This document shows, one piece after another, positions 53,388-62,618 of a DNA stretch of 64,000 nucleotides. Under the pieces are notes generated by a model. It saw only the letters and a list, made by a program, of their open reading frames with translations. It was not told the DNA's origin and ran no database searches. The translations under genes and the position numbers were made by a program. Every line of letters begins with the position of its first letter. Positions within the stretch are counted from its first letter, which is position 1. Source of the stretch: a virus; IMG/VR virus record IMGVR_UViG_3300040816_000831. The stretch is one strand, 5' to 3'.

Positions 53388-54301
53388 ATATTATTTTTAA
53401 ACACGAATTCAATAGCTCGTGCTGCCTCCTTTTCTAAATCTCTTTTATTATACCACCCACCAGTATCAGTATCTAAATCTCTACAGATATATTCGATTTC
53501 TTTTGGTGTAATTGGATAACCTTTACTATGAGCATTACCAGCAGTTGTTAACATGATTTGATACATTTTTGCATACCAACCAGTTCCACTGATACCTTTA
53601 TATTCGTCAACTTGTTTTTTATTAACAAAAGGACAATCACGATATGATGTCCACGTATAATTTGTATTGTTCAATTCATTTCTTTTTCTTTCAAGTAACG
53701 CTTTTTGTATTGCTTCTGGAAAACGATCGAACATTGTTTGATTAGGTTTAACGTATGGATATTGTTCCATAAGTTTATGTGGGTTCATAATATCTCCATC
53801 GTGAGAAAATATGAAATTAAAACTGTTTTTGTATTTAGCAGGAACATAATACATTCTGCTTAAGTCTTTGGTTTGAGCATCAGCAATATCGCCAATCTCT
53901 TTGTTTAAAGCATACCAAAAATGCTTAATGTCTTCTTTATCAACGAATTCTGTTAATGGAAAGACGAGTCTAAACTTTGGTGATTCAACTGTAGATGATG
54001 CTGTTGAATAACATACATAACGATACTTATCATACTTTGATTCAATATCTTTCATATCGCCTTCATAATCATCAATATCAAGAATACCAAAGCCGGCCCA
54101 ACCAACAACATTATCATTTGCACGAGTAGTACTAGTTTGATATATTGCTGGACTTAAAAGCGGAGCATCTTTCTTTGTAGGATATTTAGTCGACTCAGAA
54201 AGCTTATAGAGAATAGCCTCGAACTCGTCGAAACTATTATAATCCATACGCTTATCTGTTTTGTTATCGTATATATTATCGAATATTGTGCAACTTACCA
54301 T
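53384..54301 (-). CDS. Archaeo-eukaryotic primase (prim-pol)-like protein
   Basis: LDID, YST.S...PKFRLVFPL, D.SR.YY.P, helical C-terminus. Confidence 0.65.
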   Translation of the reverse strand: MVSCTIFDNIYDNKTDKRMDYNSFDEFEAILYKLSESTKYPTKKDAPLLSPAIYQTSTTRANDNVVGWAGFGILDIDDYEGDMKDIESKYDKYRYVCYSTASSTVESPKFRLVFPLTEFVDKEDIKHFWYALNKEIGDIADAQTKDLSRMYYVPAKYKNSFNFIFSHDGDIMNPHKLMEQYPYVKPNQTMFDRFPEAIQKALLERKRNELNNTNYTWTSYRDCPFVNKKQVDEYKGISGTGWYAKMYQIMLTTAGNAHSKGYPITPKEIEYICRDLDTDTGGWYNKRDLEKEAARAIEFVFKNNI

Positions 54302-54689
54302 GATTTCCTTCGTGACTTGGTCCTTCCCAACCTTCTGGTTTGATTAGGTCTGGTAATCCTAGTGGATTAGGTCTTTCAGGTTTTACTCCTACTGTTTTAT
54401 TTAAGTTTGCTTTTAGAACTTCATCCCAAGCTTTATATGGGTCAATACCAAATGCATCAAGTGTTCCAATAGCAACAACACATATATCGATTAAACCATC
54501 GACAATTTCTTCTGCATCGTTATTGGTTAATGCTGCTTCAGTTTCCATAAGTTCTTCTCTTATAAATTTGATTCTAAATCCAAGATAAGCACGTAGCTTT
54601 TCAGCGTTGTCTTTATTATCATGAATCCATTTATGAACTCCATACTTATACTGCATGTCTTGAATATCTTTTATCCAGTTTTGGCTCAT
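54276..54689 (-). CDS. MazG-like all-alpha dNTP pyrophosphatase (candidate dCTPase)
   Basis: EE..E, E.VD.LID, V..AN..K, KP.GW..P. Confidence 0.8.
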   Translation of the reverse strand: MSQNWIKDIQDMQYKYGVHKWIHDNKDNAEKLRAYLGFRIKFIREELMETEAALTNNDAEEIVDGLIDICVVAIGTLDAFGIDPYKAWDEVLKANLNKTVGVKPERPNPLGLPDLIKPEGWEGPSHEGNHGKLHNIR

Positions 54690-54973
54690 GTTATGATTCC
54701 TGATTTTGCTGTTACGATTCCACTATCCATTTGTCTTACCTGATCGACTAATTCATCGACTGGATCGACCATGAATACAACAAAGTTTTTAGGAATAGTG
54801 ATTCCTTCTTTTGCTTTTGTATAAGCCATGAAAGGCATAAATCCAATTTTGCCTTCTCCAGCTGGTATTAAAGAATAGCCATCGGTAATAGTAATGTCAC
54901 TGCCATTATCTACTACTTTGCCAATTACTTCCTCTCCTGAGGATAATCTTACTAGTTTCATATTTTTCTCCAT
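54686..54973 (-). CDS. Sm-like conserved phage protein
   Basis: KLVRL.SGEEVIG motif. Confidence 0.65.
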   Translation of the reverse strand: MEKNMKLVRLSSGEEVIGKVVDNGSDITITDGYSLIPAGEGKIGFMPFMAYTKAKEGITIPKNFVVFMVDPVDELVDQVRQMDSGIVTAKSGIIT

Positions 54974-54981
54974 AGGTATAT

Positions 54982-55010
54982 ATTATACCATACTTTTAGT
55001 AGTTTGTAAA
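54982..55010 (-). promoter_or_regulatory. Sigma70-like phage promoter
   Basis: TTTACA-N17-TATAAT. Confidence 0.75.
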
Positions 55011-55013
55011 CGA

Positions 55014-55586
55014 TTAATCCCAATTAATTGCAGGTATTTGTCCATAAAATCCTTGAGTTGCTTTTAATTGAGTAGGAAAATATTTAGAAAGCTTCTCAAT
55101 ATCTCCATGATCGTAATTTAATTTAGGCAATCTTGCCTCTTTCTTTTGAACTATAACAGATACATCATATCCATAAGTTCTCACAGCTGCATCTGAACAG
55201 TCAAATCCAGCTAATATAAGATTATATAATAATAATCCTGCATTCCATAATGAAACATGTCCACCAACAATATTGTGTCTAAGTGGTGGAACAGATATTG
55301 CAAGAATTCCATTTGTATCTATAAGATGAAATATCTTACTTAAAAAATGATGTACATTCAATTGATGTTCAAGTGTATGTGCACACCAAACACAATCAAA
55401 ATTTCTATCAAAGTCGATTGTATTAAAATCACCTTGATAATCTGATTCGAGTATATCTGTTGTATAAACTTTTTTACCTCTTTCTTTAAACATATTAGAA
55501 AACTTTCCATCACCTGCGCCAACATCAAGTACTGAATTAAATTGAAAATCTGTTACTAACTTTTCAAAGGTGAGTAAACTTCTCAT
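55014..55586 (-). CDS. Class I SAM-dependent methyltransferase
   Basis: VLDVGAGDG, FD.VW..HTLEH, G.LAI.VP. Confidence 0.85.
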   Translation of the reverse strand: MRSLLTFEKLVTDFQFNSVLDVGAGDGKFSNMFKERGKKVYTTDILESDYQGDFNTIDFDRNFDCVWCAHTLEHQLNVHHFLSKIFHLIDTNGILAISVPPLRHNIVGGHVSLWNAGLLLYNLILAGFDCSDAAVRTYGYDVSVIVQKKEARLPKLNYDHGDIEKLSKYFPTQLKATQGFYGQIPAINWD

Positions 55587-58114
55587 CCGAAAAAATCCTC
55601 CAGGCTTGCAACTTCTTTCGAAGTCCAACCTACTGCTTCCAAGACCGGTTCAATAGGATCGAGGAATGTTTTTTGAAACTGTGTTTCATGGTCGATGTAT
55701 TTTCTTAAGCCAAACTCATCTGGAAGATAAGATGGGAAAGCAATTACATTTTCATGAATTGAATTTGGTTGACGAAGATATATGAACTTAATCTTTTCGC
55801 CATTGTTTATAAGTTCGTATTTCTTTTTAAGCTGATTGTCTTCAATTAGTTTATTGTAAAGAATAGCTCCACGAACATGTATAGGCGTTCCTTTTTTATA
55901 GAGGGTATTTCTATCTTGGAACTTTTTAACTTGAGTCACTCCGCGCGGAAATGCAATCTGGTCAGGTTCAAGAGTTTTGAAATAGTTCTTAAACTGTTCG
56001 ATAGCTTGTTGAACTGTATTTTCATCTTCTTTCATTATGACTTTGAATATATTTTTAAGAGCATCACGACATGGTTCAGGTGTAGAAGACTTAATTGCTT
56101 CAATACCCATAATCTTAAGCTTTGGCTCGGCATATCTCACGCCTTCGTTATCATGTACATTCATAATATATCTTTTCTTTGCAGTCCAAAGCGCACGGTC
56201 AGCGATTGCTTCACGTTTCATAACCATACGATTATCTACTCCACCAAGATACTTATACAATTGCTCATAAGACTTTTCAAGCTCTGGTTCAAGCGCTTCA
56301 CTAGCAACTTTATCTAGAAAGTCGATTGTATTTTCAGGTTTGAATTTTTGTACAAAGTCGTTTAAGCATACATACAGCGAGTCTGTGTCGATAGCAATAA
56401 CATAGTCTTTCCATTTTTCAGGTTTGAGCACTCTATTGAGATAGGTGTTAAGCGAATATTCGGCCCATCGAATTGTAAGTTGTCCGGTGAGGGTAATTGC
56501 TTCTGCGATTCTCTGGTCAAAGAATCGAAAATAGCGATTGCCAAGAGCGCCATACAAACTGTTAAGAAGAATCTTAATAGCCATTTGTCTGTTTTCGGCA
56601 ATTGCAATATCTCTTTCAATTTGATATAATTTTTGTTTGTCATTTTTATCTACCTTTTCTTTTTCTTTTTGAGCGTTAATCATTTCTTGTTTAATACCAA
56701 CACGCTCTTTATACATCTCATCGATAATGAATGGTATTATACCTGGCTTATCTACATTAAAATATTGTCCATTAGCTGCAAGAGCTTTACCTTTATTAGG
56801 AGCGATACGATGTTCGCTTATAGCACTATCAATATCGAATTGAGCAATCTCTCCATTAGCAATCGTTTCAGGCGACATATTGTATTGCATAATGATTGAT
56901 GGATAGAGAGAGTTTAAGTCAAAAGAAACAACGTTATCATGTATTCCTACTTGTGGGTCTTTAACAAAGCCACCTGGATAGTTAGACTTTACTTTATCTT
57001 CAACGAAAGGTATAGCAATATTGTTTGCAAATAATCTGCGATAGATAATCGTATCCCATATCATTGTAGTACCGAATGTATCGTTATAGTTAACGCCAGC
57101 TTTATATGCCATTGTCATACAAAGAGTAATCAATCCAAGCTTATCTTCGATTTTGTCGACAAGCTCAACGTCTTTGATATTATAGTCAATAAACTTTTGG
57201 TGATTATGCTTGTAAAGAGTATGAAGATTCGAATACTCATCATAAGATAGTTTCTTTTCTCCTAACACGACATGAGCAATGTTATCAAGTTTATAAGATT
57301 CTTGTGGTCCATAAGAATAACCAAACTTCTTAAATAGGTCGAGGTAATCAAGTTGAGATATACCTTTAAGTTCATAAGCAGTTTGAGTCCTTCCCATCTT
57401 AGTTACGTCTTGTCTATCAATCATTCCCCAAGGACTGAGTCTTTTTACGTAAGCTTCTCCAAGCATACGATTGATTCTATTCACAAGGTATGGAATATCA
57501 AAGAACCTTGAATTCCAGCCAGTCACGACATCAGGACAATATTGTTGAGATGACCAATGAGTAATAAAATTAATAAGCAAGTCATCTTCACGGTCAAACT
57601 TACGATATACTACCATGTGGTCTTTCATATAAGATTTGTCAGTATCATAATCACCTAAGCCCCAGACATAATAAGTATTGCCAATATTGTTTTTCATACA
57701 AATGGCTGTAATCTTATGGTCGGCTTTTTCAGGCTCAGGGAATCCATCGTCAGAAGCAACTTCAATATCAATTGTTGATACGTTGATTTTGTTTCGATCG
57801 AATTCGATATTACCAGGATAGTAATCATTAATGAATGCTGGAACGTACTTTGTGTTTCCATATATCTTTTTACCAGATACGCCTTTATTAGCTTGAACAT
57901 ACTCGTTAGCAGTTCTCATGGATTCGAACCTTTTGCCAGCATTTGCTACACCTACAGGATTTCCATCAAGCGATTTCCACTTGGTAGGAAGATTGGTAGA
58001 TGTAAAAAGGATTGGTTCGTATTTGACTTTCTTTTCAATTCGTCTTCCGTGGTCATATCCTCGTAAGAGAATCATATTACCATATCGAGACACATTAGTA
58101 TAGAATTTCATCAT
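55583..58114 (-). CDS. 43: DNA polymerase B gp43
   Basis: DIEV, YN..DV, DLNSLYPSII, K...NS.YG, DTDS, KKRY. Confidence 0.97.
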   Translation of the reverse strand: MMKFYTNVSRYGNMILLRGYDHGRRIEKKVKYEPILFTSTNLPTKWKSLDGNPVGVANAGKRFESMRTANEYVQANKGVSGKKIYGNTKYVPAFINDYYPGNIEFDRNKINVSTIDIEVASDDGFPEPEKADHKITAICMKNNIGNTYYVWGLGDYDTDKSYMKDHMVVYRKFDREDDLLINFITHWSSQQYCPDVVTGWNSRFFDIPYLVNRINRMLGEAYVKRLSPWGMIDRQDVTKMGRTQTAYELKGISQLDYLDLFKKFGYSYGPQESYKLDNIAHVVLGEKKLSYDEYSNLHTLYKHNHQKFIDYNIKDVELVDKIEDKLGLITLCMTMAYKAGVNYNDTFGTTMIWDTIIYRRLFANNIAIPFVEDKVKSNYPGGFVKDPQVGIHDNVVSFDLNSLYPSIIMQYNMSPETIANGEIAQFDIDSAISEHRIAPNKGKALAANGQYFNVDKPGIIPFIIDEMYKERVGIKQEMINAQKEKEKVDKNDKQKLYQIERDIAIAENRQMAIKILLNSLYGALGNRYFRFFDQRIAEAITLTGQLTIRWAEYSLNTYLNRVLKPEKWKDYVIAIDTDSLYVCLNDFVQKFKPENTIDFLDKVASEALEPELEKSYEQLYKYLGGVDNRMVMKREAIADRALWTAKKRYIMNVHDNEGVRYAEPKLKIMGIEAIKSSTPEPCRDALKNIFKVIMKEDENTVQQAIEQFKNYFKTLEPDQIAFPRGVTQVKKFQDRNTLYKKGTPIHVRGAILYNKLIEDNQLKKKYELINNGEKIKFIYLRQPNSIHENVIAFPSYLPDEFGLRKYIDHETQFQKTFLDPIEPVLEAVGWTSKEVASLEDFFG

Positions 58115-58120
58115 ATGTAT

Positions 58121-58149
58121 ATTATACCATAGTTTAGGTTAAATGTAAA
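58121..58149 (-). promoter_or_regulatory. Sigma70-like phage promoter
   Basis: TTTACA-N17-TATAAT, 6 nt before gp43 ATG. Confidence 0.75.
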
Positions 58150-58170
58150 GGTTTATTTTCATTTATTTTC

Positions 58171-58198
58171 AAAAGATTGGGGGTAATTGCTTACCCCC
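58171..58198 (-). terminator. Terminator-like hairpin
   Basis: GGGGGTAA-GCAA-TTACCCCC then AATCTTTT. Confidence 0.7.
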
Positions 58199-58220
58199 GC
58201 ATGATTTTGTCAATTTGGTC

Positions 58221-58361
58221 TTAAAATCCAGCAGCTTGAGCTATCATTAACGCTGGTGCTAATCCTAAGATTAGTCCTGTTGTTAACAAAGCTATAGTAA
58301 CAGTTTTTAAGGCCTCGGCAACGTCTTCATACTTATCCATAAGATGGATTATATGTTTCAT
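58221..58361 (-). CDS. Small membrane protein (46 aa), not in ORF track
   Basis: MKHIIHLMDKYEDVAEALKTVTIALLTTGLILGLAPALMIAQAAGF; GGAG SD; followed by terminator. Confidence 0.65.
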   Translation of the reverse strand: MKHIIHLMDKYEDVAEALKTVTIALLTTGLILGLAPALMIAQAAGF

Positions 58362-58418
58362 GTTGTTCTCCAGTAAATAGTTTATTACATATCTACTGAG
58401 TTGTCGCTGCTCGCCAGT

Positions 58419-58874
58419 TTACCCTTTCAAGTATTCTTTCTTCTTTGATGCCCCAGCAGACCCTAATTCGATCTTTCTAGGACGCTTCTCTTCTGGAAGT
58501 TCTACTCTGGCATACACCACTAGTATTCCATCCTTCAAATCAGCACCGTCTATTACAACAAATTCTGAGAGTCGAAATGATTTCTCAAATTTGCGGGACG
58601 ATATACCTTTATATGCGTATTCACGCTCAGCTGGCTCCACCTCTCCTTTGACTTTCAATATGCCATCTTTAAGTTGGATATCAATATCCTTTTCCTTAAA
58701 TCCAGCAATTGCAAGCTCGATGAGAAATTTCTCATCATCGATTTTCACAACGTTATGTGGTGGATAGTTATCAGTTCCAGACCTAGCACTTTGATGAATC
58801 CTTTCTAAGTCTTCAAACAATGTGTCAAATCCGACAAAAAGTGAACGCGGTACGTTCAAAGTATTTCTTACCAT
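58419..58874 (-). CDS. hsp20: Small heat shock protein Hsp20 (IbpA-like)
   Basis: NYPPHN, ELAIAGF, KGIS.R.F...F.L, A.L.DGIL, PEEKRPRKI. Confidence 0.93.
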   Translation of the reverse strand: MVRNTLNVPRSLFVGFDTLFEDLERIHQSARSGTDNYPPHNVVKIDDEKFLIELAIAGFKEKDIDIQLKDGILKVKGEVEPAEREYAYKGISSRKFEKSFRLSEFVVIDGADLKDGILVVYARVELPEEKRPRKIELGSAGASKKKEYLKG

Positions 58875-58882
58875 TTTTATTT

Positions 58883-58932
58883 CCTCCTATTAAATAGCAA
58901 GGTTGTGGGAACCGGTCCAATACCGCATTCCT
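58883..58932 (-). promoter_or_regulatory. ROSE-like RNA thermometer
   Basis: CCUUGCUAU-UUA-AUAGGAGG pairs UUGCU with the SD leaving a bulged G; a second hairpin lies upstream. Confidence 0.6.
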
Positions 58933-58939
58933 CGTTATA

Positions 58940-58947
58940 TATTTATA
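58940..58947 (-). promoter_or_regulatory. T4-type late promoter TATAAATA
   Basis: Exact match upstream of hsp20 leader. Confidence 0.65.
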
Positions 58948-59050
58948 CAAGCTTTGTTGCTAGTTTAAATAAATTTTTTATAAGTAGATTTTTACTACTT
59001 TATTTAGTCTGCCTGCTTTCATAAATTTATGAAAATTCTTCCAGGCCTTT

Positions 59051-59485
59051 TTAATTTTTTTCTCCATTATTAGAGTTCCCTATGTTATACTTAGGGCATA
59101 GTTCCCATTGAGTTTTTTCCTTAAAAGGAATCACCTTAATTTGTCTCAATGGTGCTAAATCTTTAGAAGATTCAGGCTTCATAATAGTTACTAAACCCCA
59201 GTCGGCTAGTAATGTTGCAATTGTATTTCTACGTTGTACATCATTCTCAAGTAAACTAGATGGTTTTCCATCTAGTAAAAATAGTTCTTTAAAGTGAACT
59301 ATAAAATATCTACCTTGCTTATGTAATATATGGCAAGATTGAAAAAGCTTCTGGTCTTTCCTAGAAGCTACACCTATACGTGTTAATGTTTCACGTATCT
59401 TTAAAAAGTCGTCTGGTTCGTTTAGAGAGACTTCTAACATAGAGTTAGGAGTCCAATCTGTAATTTGTATGTTATTGTTTTCCAC
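59051..59485 (-). CDS. regA: Translational repressor RegA
   Basis: DDFLKIRETLTRIG, QSCHILHKQGRY.IVHFKELF. Confidence 0.95.
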   Translation of the reverse strand: MENNNIQITDWTPNSMLEVSLNEPDDFLKIRETLTRIGVASRKDQKLFQSCHILHKQGRYFIVHFKELFLLDGKPSSLLENDVQRRNTIATLLADWGLVTIMKPESSKDLAPLRQIKVIPFKEKTQWELCPKYNIGNSNNGEKN

Positions 59486-59849
59486 CTTTATAAATCCTTT
59501 GTTTCAATTGTTCAATATTTTCATTACTCATTAATGATAATGCAGATTTAGCCTTTTCGTCACTATACCCATAATTTTCTTTGATGAGTTCTAGATGGTC
59601 AATATCACTGGCCTTAATCCACTTAGACCATCTTTTCTTCTTTCTAATTATATTTATAAGAAAATCGAACTGAACGCGATGGTCTAGGTGATGATGTTTA
59701 TTCATTTCATTAGCATACAATACAGTGTCTTTAAAGAAAGAAAGACCACGATTTATAATGAAAGGATTGTATTCTTTCTCAGCAATGTCATCAACCATGA
59801 TATCTTTCTTGGTTTCATTAATTGCTTTTAAGTAATCGAATGGACTCAT
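59472..59849 (-). CDS. 62: Clamp loader small subunit gp62
   Basis: Y.PFIINR.LS, ANEMN, YGYS..KA. Confidence 0.9.
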   Translation of the reverse strand: MSPFDYLKAINETKKDIMVDDIAEKEYNPFIINRGLSFFKDTVLYANEMNKHHHLDHRVQFDFLINIIRKKKRWSKWIKASDIDHLELIKENYGYSDEKAKSALSLMSNENIEQLKQRIYKGGKQ

Positions 59850-60046
59850 TGTTTATCTATGAACGTTTGAGCGTCTGATTTTTTGGTGAATGTTCTTTCA
59901 GAAATAATAACATTTGCAGAATTGAATTGAACTGCTCTATACTGTTCTTTTTGACTTTCAAAATGAACGGTTACTATATCCCATCTATTAGTCGTTTCTT
60001 GTTCTACGATTTCGCCACCAAATGGCAAGTTTACGAATTTTTTCAT
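59846..60046 (-). CDS. Hypothetical protein inserted between 44 and 62
   Basis: ATGA couplings both sides. Confidence 0.6.
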   Translation of the reverse strand: MKKFVNLPFGGEIVEQETTNRWDIVTVHFESQKEQYRAVQFNSANVIISERTFTKKSDAQTFIDKQ

Positions 60047-60978
60047 TTGAATTTTACTCCTGCCATTACTTCAGTTAAACATGCAACCATATTCAATTCA
60101 TGGTCTGCAACAAAACTGTTTTTATATTGATAATCAGCCAGAATAAGTACCAATTGCGGTATTGATTGAGGCTCTACGTATTCATTCATGTTATCGTATA
60201 CTTTACGAAACATTGATGCTGGTTCTATATCGATATTATCAGCAACCCATTGTCTCATTTTACGAAAGTCTTTTATTTTAAGAGCATTCATAAGAGTATC
60301 AAGAGCAATATCATTAGCATTGACTAATATACCACTATCGATTTTACCAAAGTTTGAATATCTTTGTAGTTCATTAAGTGTTCTTCTGAAATCTGGAAAG
60401 TATTTCATAATCAGTTCAGCAATAACAGCTGGTTCTGAATTTATACTTTCGACTGATAGTATCTGTTGAACTCTTTGCATAAACTGACCAGCAAGAGCTT
60501 CTTTCTCTTTCTTTGGCATCGCAAATTCGATAACACTGGTTCTTGAATGTAGTGGCTCGATTATACGATTCTTGAAATTACAAGTAAGTATAAACCTACA
60601 GTTAGATGAAAACTCTTCGATAAATCCACGCAAAGCTGGTTGAGTGGATTGTGGATTAAGGTAATCCGCTTCGTCCAAGATGACGACTTTGAGGCCGCCT
60701 GATAAGGAAACGGACGAAGCGAATTGTTTGATTTTGTTTCTTAGAGTATCAATACCTGATTCTTCTGAACCATTAATGATTATATAGTCTAAGTCAAGCT
60801 CGTTGCAAAGTGCTCTAGCAACTGTGGTCTTTCCTGTACCAGCAGTACCAGTGAACATCATATTCTGAAGTTCGCCTTTGTCTAAAACATTTTGGAATAT
60901 CTTTTTAAGGTCTAGTGATAATACACATTCCTCTACTTTTCTTGGGCGGTACTTTTCCACCCATAGGAACTCTTCCAT
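60043..60978 (-). CDS. 44: Clamp loader large subunit gp44
   Basis: WVEKYRP, GTGKTT, DEAD, PLHSR, FPDFR. Confidence 0.96.
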   Translation of the reverse strand: MEEFLWVEKYRPRKVEECVLSLDLKKIFQNVLDKGELQNMMFTGTAGTGKTTVARALCNELDLDYIIINGSEESGIDTLRNKIKQFASSVSLSGGLKVVILDEADYLNPQSTQPALRGFIEEFSSNCRFILTCNFKNRIIEPLHSRTSVIEFAMPKKEKEALAGQFMQRVQQILSVESINSEPAVIAELIMKYFPDFRRTLNELQRYSNFGKIDSGILVNANDIALDTLMNALKIKDFRKMRQWVADNIDIEPASMFRKVYDNMNEYVEPQSIPQLVLILADYQYKNSFVADHELNMVACLTEVMAGVKFK

Positions 60979-61235
60979 TATAGTACCTCCCAACCTTCTA
61001 CGGTATCTAACCTAAAAGACCTCCATGCATTTTTATCCAATGACCATACTGGAAATGCTTCCATTCCTGTCGCTGAATAATCTATTGATATTGTTACACC
61101 AGCCTCTTTTAGAGTTTCTGGTTTTAGAGTACACGGCATTATTCTTAGTTCGCCTGTATCTATTTTTTTGAATGTGACTGTGACTTGCCCTTTTTGTAAA
61201 GCCTCGAGCAATTTGGCTTTTTCATTGTTGTTCAT
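60978..61235 (-). CDS. WYL/SH3-like small phage protein
   Basis: V.F.K..GE.R.M.CTL, WRSFR. Confidence 0.7.
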   Translation of the reverse strand: MNNNEKAKLLEALQKGQVTVTFKKIDTGELRIMPCTLKPETLKEAGVTISIDYSATGMEAFPVWSLDKNAWRSFRLDTVEGWEVL

Positions 61236-61250
61236 AATATATCCTATAAT

Positions 61251-61278
61251 AAAATTTGAGGGGACTTTCACCCCTCCC
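61251..61278 (-). terminator. Terminator-like hairpin
   Basis: GAGGGG-TGAAAGT-CCCCTC then AAATTTT. Confidence 0.55.
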
Positions 61279-61281
61279 GTA

Positions 61282-61539
61282 TTAACCTTCGACTGATTCT
61301 TCATCAGCAACTTCTTCCACCGGTACTTGACCTTCTGGTGTTTCGTTGCCTTTGGAGGCCGCGTTTAGAAACTTAACTGTTCTGTTTCTTAAACCACCAA
61401 CTGCTTCAAGCTCAGGGCCTTCAAATCCACCTCTTTTAGAACAAATATCAATTATTTGTACCATTGTAGCGATGTCCTGTAGACTTAACTGGACGCTTTC
61501 TGCAGCTTCAGTTTCAACGTTATTCACTTCTTCTGACAT
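61282..61539 (-). CDS. Conserved phage hypothetical protein
   Basis: IID....RG.F.G.EL..VG motif; AGGAG SD. Confidence 0.7.
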   Translation of the reverse strand: MSEEVNNVETEAAESVQLSLQDIATMVQIIDICSKRGGFEGPELEAVGGLRNRTVKFLNAASKGNETPEGQVPVEEVADEESVEG

Positions 61540-61609
61540 AATTTTCTCCTATGCATAGTTACGAAAATAAGAAGACCTGCCCCATGCAGCATCTTCCATT
61601 CCTACAATA

Positions 61610-61617
61610 TATTTATA
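61610..61617 (-). promoter_or_regulatory. T4-type late promoter TATAAATA
   Basis: Overlaps gp45 stop; followed by a structured leader. Confidence 0.55.
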
Positions 61618-62284
61618 CATCGTAGCTTGAGTTTTTCTCAAGAGCGATAAAGTAATCCACTGGGTAGTTACTATTAGTCCAGTTAGAGATAAGCTTTGAG
61701 CTAATGCTTACAAAGTAATCTCCTGGTAGTAACTTCAAGTTGGGTATACTTACCACGAAGTTAAACTCATTTTTACATGAGTTGTCTTTATCTAGTTCAA
61801 TCTCAAATAAGTTTGAAGTCGAGTCTCTTGTATCGAGTACAGAGGCTGTAATAACTCCAGAATTACCTGTGATTGCTAGTTCAGTATGACCAAGAACAGC
61901 AGCAGCTTTACGAATCTGATTTAGTTTATCTTCTTCGATATTAACTCCAACTTCTGGTTCTGGCATCTGAATATCTTTTTGAGGAGTGGTTAGGATATCG
62001 CTTTCAGAAAAGAAATATCTTATCTTTTGTCCACTACCTTGTACCAATACTGCTTTATCTTCAAACTCTAATGTAGGATTATCGATAAGACTTAAGACTG
62101 ATAAGAATTCGTTTAAGTCATAGACTCCGAATTCTTTAGGAAAGTCTTCCACTATTTCAGCAGAAGCTAGAATAGTTTTGGACTCTGAAATAGTCTTCAG
62201 TTTTTGTCCTGGTTTGAAAACAATATTTGGATTTATTGTTGCGAAGTTTTTTAACACATTCAAGGTGTCTGTTGATAAGTTCAT
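61613..62284 (-). CDS. 45: Sliding clamp gp45
   Basis: LKNFATIN, FGVYDLNEFL, NLKLLPGDY, YFIALE. Confidence 0.95.
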   Translation of the reverse strand: MNLSTDTLNVLKNFATINPNIVFKPGQKLKTISESKTILASAEIVEDFPKEFGVYDLNEFLSVLSLIDNPTLEFEDKAVLVQGSGQKIRYFFSESDILTTPQKDIQMPEPEVGVNIEEDKLNQIRKAAAVLGHTELAITGNSGVITASVLDTRDSTSNLFEIELDKDNSCKNEFNFVVSIPNLKLLPGDYFVSISSKLISNWTNSNYPVDYFIALEKNSSYDV

Positions 62285-62304
62285 ATTTTCTCCATTATAT
62301 AACT

Positions 62305-62333
62305 ATTATACCATACTTTCATTGTAATGTAAA
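62305..62333 (-). promoter_or_regulatory. Sigma70-like phage promoter
   Basis: TTTACA-N17-TATAAT. Confidence 0.75.
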
Positions 62334-62336
62334 CGA

Positions 62337-62618
62337 TTAGTTTTCATTTTTATCATGGCAATCCAGAGCGATTATAGCATAGTGCAAAATCTTGAGAAGG
62401 TCAGCTCTGTTATGTCCTTCTTTTTTACCATACCTTTGAGCGTACTTAAGTACGTTTCCTAAAGAAAAACCCATACCATGTCCACAATCAATAATGAATT
62501 CAGTTGATTGAAACTGATTCTTTGAATAGTGGCCGGCATAAGTTTTGTCTATATAACTCTTGAGCTCTTCAACAAGAGCTCCTTCGTTAAATTTGTAATC
62601 TATTTGATTAGACTTCAT
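62337..62618 (-). CDS. DUF3310-like conserved phage protein
   Basis: HY, GF..GN.LKY..RYGKK, DL.K..HY. Confidence 0.75.
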   Translation of the reverse strand: MKSNQIDYKFNEGALVEELKSYIDKTYAGHYSKNQFQSTEFIIDCGHGMGFSLGNVLKYAQRYGKKEGHNRADLLKILHYAIIALDCHDKNEN

